A stretch of DNA of 39,976 nt from a bacterium (GTDB lineage Bacteria; UBA6262; WVXT01): positions 1 to 39,976 of the forward strand of contig JBHIBS010000015.1 in assembly GCA_046759165.1 (NCBI GenBank). The letters are read 5' to 3'. Numbering within the stretch: position 1 is the stretch's first letter; each line of letters begins with the position of its first letter. Of the stretch, positions 27,091-34,471 are shown piece after piece. The position numbers and the translations under genes were made by a program. The notes below the pieces were generated by a model. That model was not told the origin of the DNA. It did no database searches and worked only from the letters and a program-made list of their open reading frames with translations.

Positions 27091-27534
27091 ATGAGAATCA
27101 TACTGCGTCAGGCAGTTAAAGGTCTCGGTGAGAGAGGAGATGTAATCTTGGTTAGTGACGGTTATGGTCGGAACTATCTCATCCCTAGACGCTTGGCCTG
27201 GGAGGCTAATGAGAAGAACATCCGGACGCTAAAAGAGGCGAAGCGAAGAGAAGAGGAGAAAGACGAGAAGATTTTGAGGACAGCGCTCGCATTTGCCGGT
27301 AAGTTAGATAAAATTTCTTGCACCGTTCCTGTAAAGATCGGAGAGGGTGAGAAGATTTTTGGTGCGGTTACTTCTTCCAATATTAGGGAAGCCCTACTTT
27401 CCAAGGGAATAGATGTGGATAAAAAGGATATACTTCTGGATGAGCCGATCAAGGAATTGGGAGTCTATACAGTGAAAGTTAGAGTACATCCAACAGTTAC
27501 AGGGAGAGTAAAAGTCTGGGTAGTAAAAGAATAG
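27091..27534 (+). CDS. rplI: 50S ribosomal protein L9
   Basis: LGERGDVILVSDGYGRNYLIP, KIFGAVT, PIKELG. Confidence 0.96.
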   Translation: MRIILRQAVKGLGERGDVILVSDGYGRNYLIPRRLAWEANEKNIRTLKEAKRREEEKDEKILRTALAFAGKLDKISCTVPVKIGEGEKIFGAVTSSNIREALLSKGIDVDKKDILLDEPIKELGVYTVKVRVHPTVTGRVKVWVVKE

Positions 27535-27582
27535 ACAGGTTATGACCACCAAGCTTTTCTACTTCCAGAGGAGGGGGAGAAA

Positions 27583-28917
27583 ATGGTCGATTTAATAGAT
27601 AAGATTCCACCACAGAATCTCGAAGCCGAGCGCTCGGTATTGGGAGCGATGCTTATCGAAAAGGAAGCAATTGCTAAGGCTATAGATTTTTTAAGAAAGG
27701 AAAGTTTTTATAGTGAAGCACACCAGACTATTTTCCAGGCAATTATTGACATCTACGACAAGAATAAAGCAGTTGACTTTGTCACTGTTGCTGAAGAGGT
27801 AAGAAAGGCAAAACTACTCAAAGAAGTGGGAGGTGCTACCTATCTGAGTAATCTGATAAATAATGTTGCCACAGCAGCCAATGTTGAGTACTATGCCAAG
27901 ATTGTGCAGGAGAAAGCGGTTCTCAGAAATCTAATTAGAGCAGCGACCCAGATTGTAACCGATAGCTATACCGATACTAAGGATGTCGGTGAAATTCTGG
28001 ACCACGCAGAGCAGGCAATCTTCAATATCACCCAGAGCAAGGTTCAACCAGGATTCGTACCTATTTCTGAAATGGTACATGGAAGTATCGAGACTATTGA
28101 AAATTTATACAAGAAGAAGGAGAAAGTTCCCGGAGTACCTTCGGGCTTTATAGATTTGGATAGAAAGACAGGGGGGTTCTATTCCTCGAATCTAATAGTT
28201 ATTGCTGGACGTCCTTCAATGGGCAAGACCTCATTCTGTTTGACCATTGCTCGTAATGTAGGAATTAATAAATCTGTTCCAGTAGCGATCTTCAGCTTGG
28301 AAATGTCTCGAGAAGAATTAGTTTTGCGCCTTCTCTGTTCACTGGCTAGAGTGAGTCTCCACAAGGTGCGAACAGGTTTCATAGATAAGAAGGACTGGAC
28401 TCCTCTAACCAATGCAGCTTCCATTCTTTCCAACGCTCCAATTTTCATCGACGATTCTCCTGCAATCTCGGTTTTAGAGATGAAAGCCAGAGCCCGACGA
28501 TTACAATCTGAACGGGGACTCTCTTTAATCATCATCGATTACTTACAACTTATGCCTGGCCGCACGGGAAGAGCCGAGTATCGACAACAGGACATCTCGG
28601 AAATTACACGTTCTCTAAAGAATATGGCTAAAGAATTGAAGGTTCCTGTTGTTGCTATTTCCCAGTTGTCGAGGGAGACCGAAAAGAGACAATCGAAAAG
28701 GCCACAGCTTTCCGATTTGAGGGAGTCCGGGGCAATAGAACAGGATGCTGACCTAGTTGCCTTTATTTATCGAGAAGATTATTATGACCCAAAAAATGCT
28801 CCCCCCGGAATTACAGAAGTAATTATTGGAAAACAGCGGAATGGTCCAACCGGTTCAGTAAAGCTGAAGTTCTTAAATGAATATACTTGCTTTGAGAATT
28901 TAGCAAAGCAATCTTAA
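27583..28917 (+). CDS. dnaB: Replicative DNA helicase
   Basis: PPQNLEAERSVLG, Walker A AGRPSMGKT, IDYLQL, LRESGAIEQDAD, KQRNGP. Confidence 0.98.
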   Translation: MVDLIDKIPPQNLEAERSVLGAMLIEKEAIAKAIDFLRKESFYSEAHQTIFQAIIDIYDKNKAVDFVTVAEEVRKAKLLKEVGGATYLSNLINNVATAANVEYYAKIVQEKAVLRNLIRAATQIVTDSYTDTKDVGEILDHAEQAIFNITQSKVQPGFVPISEMVHGSIETIENLYKKKEKVPGVPSGFIDLDRKTGGFYSSNLIVIAGRPSMGKTSFCLTIARNVGINKSVPVAIFSLEMSREELVLRLLCSLARVSLHKVRTGFIDKKDWTPLTNAASILSNAPIFIDDSPAISVLEMKARARRLQSERGLSLIIIDYLQLMPGRTGRAEYRQQDISEITRSLKNMAKELKVPVVAISQLSRETEKRQSKRPQLSDLRESGAIEQDADLVAFIYREDYYDPKNAPPGITEVIIGKQRNGPTGSVKLKFLNEYTCFENLAKQS

Positions 28918-28923
28918 TAGAAT

Positions 28924-30087
28924 ATGCCAAAATCCCATTATCCTCCCACTTATGCGCTCCCCTTTCTCCGACCAACCTGGGCTGAAATCGACTTAGGTGC
29001 CTTCAGACATAATTTCAGAGAGATAAAGAGAAAGTTCAGGAAAGGTGTCTCTTCACTTCCGGTAGTCAAGGCTGATGGTTACGGTCACGGTATGGAAGAG
29101 ATCGCTCGTGCCAGTCTATCCTGTGGAGCGAAGCTTTTGGGAGTAGCCAATATTGAAGAAGGAATATTCTTGAGAAAGAGAGGGATTACAGCACCCATTC
29201 TCATTCTGGGAAGTGTTTACCCCTTATCCAATTTTTCTTATATATTAAGATATAATCTTTCACCCACAATTTGTAGCCTTGAGGCTTCGGAGGAGCTTTC
29301 TAAAATTGCGAAGCGAAGAAGGAGGAAAGTAAGAGTTCACATAAAAGTGGATACTGGAATGGGACGCATCGGCATTTCAGCCCAAAATGCCGTAAGTCTT
29401 GTCAAGAGAGTTGTTCAGTTGCCAGGGGTACTTGTTGAGGGAATCTTCACTCATCTTGCGGCAGCAGATAGCGATTATGAGTTCACTATGGAGCAGATTC
29501 GAAAGTTCCAATCAGTTACCGATGGGCTTAAGCGAGACAATATAAGTATAAAGTATATACATGCGGCTAACTCTACAGCTATTCTCGCGTATCCAGATGC
29601 CCATTTCAACTTAGTGAGGCCTGGTATATCACTTTACGGTCTTGTTCCCTTTGAGGGGGCAGAAAGAGAGATAGATTTAAAACCGGTAATGCAACTTAAG
29701 ACGAGAATCGTATTTATAAAGAGGGTGAAGAAGGGAACGAGCATAAGTTACGGTCGAACTTGGAAAGCAAAGAGGGAATCTATAATTGGAACACTTCCCA
29801 TAGGCTATGCTGATGGATACAGTCGTTTGCTCTCAAATCGAGGCGAGGTCTTGATTTGCGGGAGCAGGGTTCCCATTGTAGGAAGGGTATGTATGGATAT
29901 GTGTATGGTTGATGTTACGCCTCCGCCAGATGTTAAGGTCGGCGAGGAAGTAGTCCTAATCGGTTCTCAAGGAAAAGAGAGGATAACTGCCGATGAGATT
30001 GCTAAACTAACCGGGACCATTACCTACGAGGTAGTCTGCGGGATCAGTAAGAGAGTTCCACGAATCTACTTAAGGAGGGAAGAATGA
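28924..30087 (+). CDS. alr: Alanine racemase
   Basis: VVKADGYGHG PLP lysine, KVDTGMGRIG, PIGYADG, GRVCMD. Confidence 0.97.
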   Translation: MPKSHYPPTYALPFLRPTWAEIDLGAFRHNFREIKRKFRKGVSSLPVVKADGYGHGMEEIARASLSCGAKLLGVANIEEGIFLRKRGITAPILILGSVYPLSNFSYILRYNLSPTICSLEASEELSKIAKRRRRKVRVHIKVDTGMGRIGISAQNAVSLVKRVVQLPGVLVEGIFTHLAAADSDYEFTMEQIRKFQSVTDGLKRDNISIKYIHAANSTAILAYPDAHFNLVRPGISLYGLVPFEGAEREIDLKPVMQLKTRIVFIKRVKKGTSISYGRTWKAKRESIIGTLPIGYADGYSRLLSNRGEVLICGSRVPIVGRVCMDMCMVDVTPPPDVKVGEEVVLIGSQGKERITADEIAKLTGTITYEVVCGISKRVPRIYLRREE

Positions 30088-30845
30088 AGAGAAATAGAAT
30101 AAAGGAAATTATAAAAAAAGGCAAAGTTGCCCTGGGTCCTTTTATGAAATTTACTGATCCAGCTTCAGTAGAGATTGCTGGAACGGCAGGGTTCGATTTC
30201 GTCATAATCGATATGGAACATGGACCGGTGTCGGTGGAGACTGCACAGAATTTGATAAGAGCAGCAGAGTTAGTCGATATCACCCCGATTATAAGAGTGA
30301 CTGAAAACGAGCCTGGATTGATACTCAGAGCTTTAGATATCGGTGCAGGTGGTGTGGAGGTTCCACAAATTGGGAATAGGGATGATGCCTTAAGGTTGAT
30401 TCAATCGGCCAAGTTTGCTCCCCAGGGAAGTCGCGGAGTTTGTCGCTTTGTGAGAGCCGCTGACTATTCTGCCTCGGATCGCTACAGATATTTTCAAGAT
30501 GCGAATAGAGAGACTATAATTATACCCCATATTGAAGGGACCAAGGGAATAAGTAACCTGGAAGAGATATTGTCCGTGAAGGGTCTCGACATTATATTTG
30601 TTGGACCTTACGACCTTTCTCAATCGCTTAATATACCCGGACAGGTGGAAGACCCCAAGGTCGTAAAGAAGATGAGAGAAGTAGTCAGTATCTCCGAAAA
30701 AGCTGGACTTGCCGTGGGAACATTTGTTGACGATGTCAAAGCTGCAAAAAAATGGATTGCTCAGGGGGTTCAGTATATCTCTTTTTCAGTGGATGTCGGA
30801 ATTTTCTACGAAGCCTGTAACAGTGTAGTGAGAGAACTTAAGTAG
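30084..30845 (+). CDS. HpcH/HpaI class II aldolase family protein
   Basis: GFDFVIIDMEHG, RALDIGA, FVGPYDLS. Confidence 0.9.
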   Translation: MKRNRIKEIIKKGKVALGPFMKFTDPASVEIAGTAGFDFVIIDMEHGPVSVETAQNLIRAAELVDITPIIRVTENEPGLILRALDIGAGGVEVPQIGNRDDALRLIQSAKFAPQGSRGVCRFVRAADYSASDRYRYFQDANRETIIIPHIEGTKGISNLEEILSVKGLDIIFVGPYDLSQSLNIPGQVEDPKVVKKMREVVSISEKAGLAVGTFVDDVKAAKKWIAQGVQYISFSVDVGIFYEACNSVVRELK

Positions 30846-30935
30846 CGGCAGAGCGATAGCTCTGCATTATAATTATGTCATTGCGAGACCCCATTGAAGA
30901 TCGGGACTTCGGTCGCTCGCTCCCTCGCATTGAGA
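30842..30935 (+). repeat. GTAG REP-like hairpin plus inverted-repeat-family element
   Basis: GTAG-CG-GCAGAGC-GATA-GCTCTGC (30842-30865); TGTCATTGCGAG...CTCGCATTGAGA, sharing GGGACTTCGGTCG..TCGCTCCCT with the 32955-33030 copy. Confidence 0.8.
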
Positions 30936-30973
30936 CTTGATGCGAAGGTTAACTGCTACAAATGGAGTAATGG

Positions 30974-31984
30974 ATGCCACCTAAGATTGTCGTAACTATG
31001 GGTGATTCTGCCGGAGTAGGGCCTGAGGTTATTGTCAAGGCTTTGAGTCTACCCGATATATATAGGATTTGTCAACCGATAGTAATTGGTGATGGAAGAG
31101 TCTTAGAGTCGATTTTGAAGTTTTCGAAGAGTCTGGGGTCGAAAGGCGAGTTGAGGCTTAATCTGATCAGAGATATTTTACAAGCAAGATTCAATTATGG
31201 GGTTATCGACCTATTCGATCTGGGAAACATAGACATGGATAGACTTAAACTAGGGAGAGTCGACCCTATGTGTGGTAAGGCAACATTTGAATATATAAAG
31301 AAGGGAATCGAAATAGTTCAGACTGGTGGAGCTAAAGCTATGGTTACTGCTCCGCTCTGTAAAAAATCAATGGAAGAAGCGGGATTTTCTTATCCCGGGC
31401 ATACAGAGCTCTTAGCCGAACTTACAGGAACGAAAGATTTTGCCATGATGTTGGTGGGAGGGAATTTAAGGGTAGTCTTAGTGACCCGACATCTCCCTTT
31501 AAAAGAGGTAGCCTCTTCGCTTAGTAAAGAGAAGGTTCTTCTCGCCATAAGATTGGGAGTAGAGACAATGAAGGCTTTCGAAATAGATTCGCCCAGAGTA
31601 GGAGTCTGTGCCTTAAATCCCCATGCTGGCGAATGGGGAGTTCTGGGAAAAGAAGAGATTGAGATAATTATTCCGGCTATAGAAGAGGCGAGAAAAGAAG
31701 GGATTGTCGTTAGTGGGCCCCTTCCCAGCGATAAGGGATTTTATGATACTGCTGGAGGGAGATATGACCTGGCTGTAGCAATGTATCACGACCAAGCGCA
31801 GATTCCCGTTAAGCTTCTATCCTTCACCAAAAGTGTCAACGTTACTCTGGGTTTACCCTTTGTGCGCACTTCGCCATGCCACGGAACAGGTTTTGATATT
31901 GCTGGGGAGGGCAAAGCAAATTCCCAGAGTCTTATCGAGGCAATAAAGCTGGCCGCAAAGTTAGTAGAAAAGGGTAGGATGTAG
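30974..31984 (+). CDS. pdxA: 4-hydroxythreonine-4-phosphate dehydrogenase
   Basis: TMGDSAGVGPE, GHTELLA, LNPHAGE, AMYHDQ, RTSPCHGTGFDIAG. Confidence 0.93.
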   Translation: MPPKIVVTMGDSAGVGPEVIVKALSLPDIYRICQPIVIGDGRVLESILKFSKSLGSKGELRLNLIRDILQARFNYGVIDLFDLGNIDMDRLKLGRVDPMCGKATFEYIKKGIEIVQTGGAKAMVTAPLCKKSMEEAGFSYPGHTELLAELTGTKDFAMMLVGGNLRVVLVTRHLPLKEVASSLSKEKVLLAIRLGVETMKAFEIDSPRVGVCALNPHAGEWGVLGKEEIEIIIPAIEEARKEGIVVSGPLPSDKGFYDTAGGRYDLAVAMYHDQAQIPVKLLSFTKSVNVTLGLPFVRTSPCHGTGFDIAGEGKANSQSLIEAIKLAAKLVEKGRM

Positions 31985-32082
31985 GGATAGTTTTCGGAGT
32001 CGCTCGGTTAGAACCTTGCTCTAATTCCGCCAGTGCTGGGGAGGAACCTGGCGGAATTGAAGCTCCTGTAACTATCCCTACA
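31980..32082. mobile_element. 103-bp MITE/REP-like element with 13-bp perfect terminal inverted repeats
   Basis: TGTAGGGATAGTT (31980-31992) / AACTATCCCTACA (32070-32082); inner 11-bp stem AATTCCGCCAG/CTGGCGGAATT. Confidence 0.6.
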
Positions 32083-32107
32083 ACCTGAAGGTGCTAAAAG
32101 ATAGTGA

Positions 32108-32926
32108 TTGAAGATGATATTGGAAAGATTCAGACCGCGGAAGTGGTGGGGACAGAATTTTTTGGTTGACCATAATATTGCAAAGAAGATAATCTCTTCT
32201 GCCGAAGTGGGTCCCAAAGATGTAGTATTGGAGATCGGCCCTGGAAGAGGAATCCTGACTGGCAAGATTGCTTCCCAGGTCAAGAGGGTTATTGCTATAG
32301 AGATTGATAGAAAATTATGTGATTTTCTTCGAGAAGAACTGAAAAATTACAAAAATGTCGAAATTGTAGAGGGGGATTTTTTAAGATTGGATATTTCTCA
32401 GTTTTTGGGCGCAGGCTTCAGGTCATCTGTAAAGGTTATCGCAAATCTGCCCTATTATATAACTTCACCAATCATTATGAAATTACTAAATATGAAACAG
32501 TGGTCGGAGGCTACCTTTATGCTCCAGAAAGAGGTGGGAGAGAGAATTACAGCTAACCCCGGAGGCAAAGATTATGGGGCATTGTCCATTCTGGTACAGT
32601 ATTATTGCTATGTGGAGAAGCAATTCAATGTATCGAGAAATGTATTTCGCCCCAGGCCAGATGTCGATTCAGTTGTTATTAAGTTGAAGCTGTTGAAACG
32701 TCCCAGAATAAGAGTAAAAGATGAAAAGCTATTCTTTGAAATCGTTCATGCAGCCTTTTCCCAGAGAAGGAAGAAATTGAGTAATTCCATTAGTAATGTT
32801 CTAAAAATAGATAAACATCCCCTAGAAGAGCTCTTGCAAAGATTGAATATCTCCCCAAGTCGGAGAGCGGAGACTTTGAGCATAGAGGAGTTTGCTACAA
32901 TTTCCAACTCCTTCACGAGCAGGTAG
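32108..32926 (+). CDS. rsmA: 16S rRNA adenine dimethyltransferase
   Basis: GQNFL, LEIGPGRG, ANLPYYIT, MLQKEV, QRRK, RRAETLS; exact start uncertain. Confidence 0.96.
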   Translation: MKMILERFRPRKWWGQNFLVDHNIAKKIISSAEVGPKDVVLEIGPGRGILTGKIASQVKRVIAIEIDRKLCDFLREELKNYKNVEIVEGDFLRLDISQFLGAGFRSSVKVIANLPYYITSPIIMKLLNMKQWSEATFMLQKEVGERITANPGGKDYGALSILVQYYCYVEKQFNVSRNVFRPRPDVDSVVIKLKLLKRPRIRVKDEKLFFEIVHAAFSQRRKKLSNSISNVLKIDKHPLEELLQRLNISPSRRAETLSIEEFATISNSFTSR

Positions 32927-32954
32927 CTCGGGATTTGGTTTTGAATTACAATCA

Positions 32955-33067
32955 TGTCATTGCCAGCGACTGAAAGGAGCGTGGTGCCGATGAATAGGGA
33001 CTTCGGTCGGTTCGCTCCCTGGCAATGACAGGACAACCCCATTGTAGGCACAAATTTAATTTGTGCT
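32955..33067. repeat. Inverted-repeat-family element plus GTAG hairpin
   Basis: 12-bp IR TGTCATTGCCAG/CTGGCAATGACA (32955-33030); GTAG-GCACAAAT-TTA-ATTTGTGC from 33044. Confidence 0.8.
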
Positions 33068-33085
33068 TGGTCAGAGCGCCTTGAA

Positions 33086-34327
33086 ATGAGAAAGGTTTAC
33101 ATTTTCTTAGTCTTTTTCTTCCTAATAGGGTCGGTTGTGTTTCTCTCCTTTTTCCGTTCCAAGAGGGTAGCTGTCTCATCTTCAGCGGAAGTCGTGGTCT
33201 CAACGGGGACATTTGCCCGGGGTGATTCGCTGTACAGTTGTTTGAGTAGCCACGGAATTTCTCCCAGGGAAATTCTGGTTTTGGAGAAACTGCTCAATCC
33301 CCTTTTCGATACCAGAAGATGCTACCCGGGTGCCAGGTATGAGATAATTGCTTCTACTGGTGGAGTTCTGGAAGGATTCAATTACTATTTAGGACCTCTC
33401 GATATATATGGGGTTAAGAAATCTAGTTCTGGAGAGCTAATTGCCTTCCACCAGAAAATACCTTTACAGAAACGTACTCTTGGATTAGTAGGAAGAATAG
33501 AAACTTCTCTTTACGAGTCTACGGTGCAGCTTGGGCAGTCTCCAGAACTGATTATGAGGTTTGCCGATATATTTGCCTGGCAGATCGATTTCTTGACCGA
33601 ACCCCGTCCCGGTGATACTTTCAAGTTAATCTGGGAGAAGTATTACAAGCAAGGGGAAGAATTTTCCGACGGTCAAATATTGACTGCTCAATACATGGGT
33701 AAAGAGGGAACTCATACGGCAATACTTTTTGAAGACCCGGAAGGTGGTAAAGATTATTATACGATAAAGGGCGAATCCTTAAGAAAAAGATTCCTACGGT
33801 CCCCCCTGAACTATCGGAGAATTAGTTCATATTTCTCCTACAAAAGGTTCCATCCGATTTTGAAGTGCTATCGTCCGCACTTTGGTATCGATTATGCTGC
33901 TCCTTTGGGTACTCCAGTAGTGAGTATTGGAGATGGAGTGGTAACTTATGTTGGGTGGAAAGGGGACTATGGTAGGTTTGTTAAGGTCAGACATCTCAAT
34001 GGCTACTACTCCACTTATGGTCACCTCTCTCGATATGGAAGAGGAATCAGGAGAAGGGCTAAGGTGAAGCAGGGTCAGGTGGTAGGCTATGTGGGAGCAA
34101 CTGGTTTAGCTACAGGACCACATTTAGACTTCCGGGTAATTCGTAATGAGAAGTTCGTCAATTTTTTGAAGATTCAAATTCCCGCTACCGAATCTGTAAA
34201 AGATAAGTACACGAGAGAATTTGAGATAACAAAGAGAGAACGCTTATACCAGCTGGGAATACTCTCCACCTACCGTTCATTTCCCCACCTAGTAGAGCAG
34301 AAGTTTGAAGTAGCGTCAGAGCGATAG
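33086..34327 (+). CDS. M23 family murein DD-endopeptidase (MepM-like), membrane anchored
   Basis: N-terminal TM, FAWQIDF, RFHPILK, HFGIDYAAP, YGHL, TGPHLDF (HxD variant of the HxH motif). Confidence 0.9.
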   Translation: MRKVYIFLVFFFLIGSVVFLSFFRSKRVAVSSSAEVVVSTGTFARGDSLYSCLSSHGISPREILVLEKLLNPLFDTRRCYPGARYEIIASTGGVLEGFNYYLGPLDIYGVKKSSSGELIAFHQKIPLQKRTLGLVGRIETSLYESTVQLGQSPELIMRFADIFAWQIDFLTEPRPGDTFKLIWEKYYKQGEEFSDGQILTAQYMGKEGTHTAILFEDPEGGKDYYTIKGESLRKRFLRSPLNYRRISSYFSYKRFHPILKCYRPHFGIDYAAPLGTPVVSIGDGVVTYVGWKGDYGRFVKVRHLNGYYSTYGHLSRYGRGIRRRAKVKQGQVVGYVGATGLATGPHLDFRVIRNEKFVNFLKIQIPATESVKDKYTREFEITKRERLYQLGILSTYRSFPHLVEQKFEVASER

Positions 34328-34332
34328 CTCTG
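34310..34332 (+). repeat. GTAG REP-like hairpin overlapping the M23 gene end
   Basis: GTAG-CG-TCAGAGC-GATA-GCTCTG. Confidence 0.75.
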
Positions 34333-34372
34333 TATTATAAACTCTTACCTTCAAAAACACTCCTCCTAAAAA

Positions 34373-34426
34373 TTAACAAAAAATTAACATTTTCTTAACC
34401 TGAACATAACATTGTTGGAGTATACT
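34373..34426 (+). promoter_or_regulatory. Four-hexamer direct-repeat array (Pho-box/OmpR-family-like) followed by a -10 element
   Basis: TTAACA 34373, TTAACA 34384, TTAACC 34395, ATAACA 34406 (exact 11-bp period); TATACT 34421-34426; no -35 consensus. Confidence 0.65.
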
Positions 34427-34471
34427 TAAATTTGGAAGACGAAAGAAGAACAGGGGGATAATTAGGGGGAA

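Noticed and set aside
26889-27101. 70-aa minus-strand ORF between rpsR and rplI
   Set aside because: Made of repeat modules, with no coding signal
27583-28917. Possible intein in DnaB
   Set aside because: Length (444 aa) and motif spacing are normal
15887-34332. Possible CRISPR array among the repeats
   Set aside because: Repeats are dispersed rather than regularly spaced with unique spacers; no cas genes in the window
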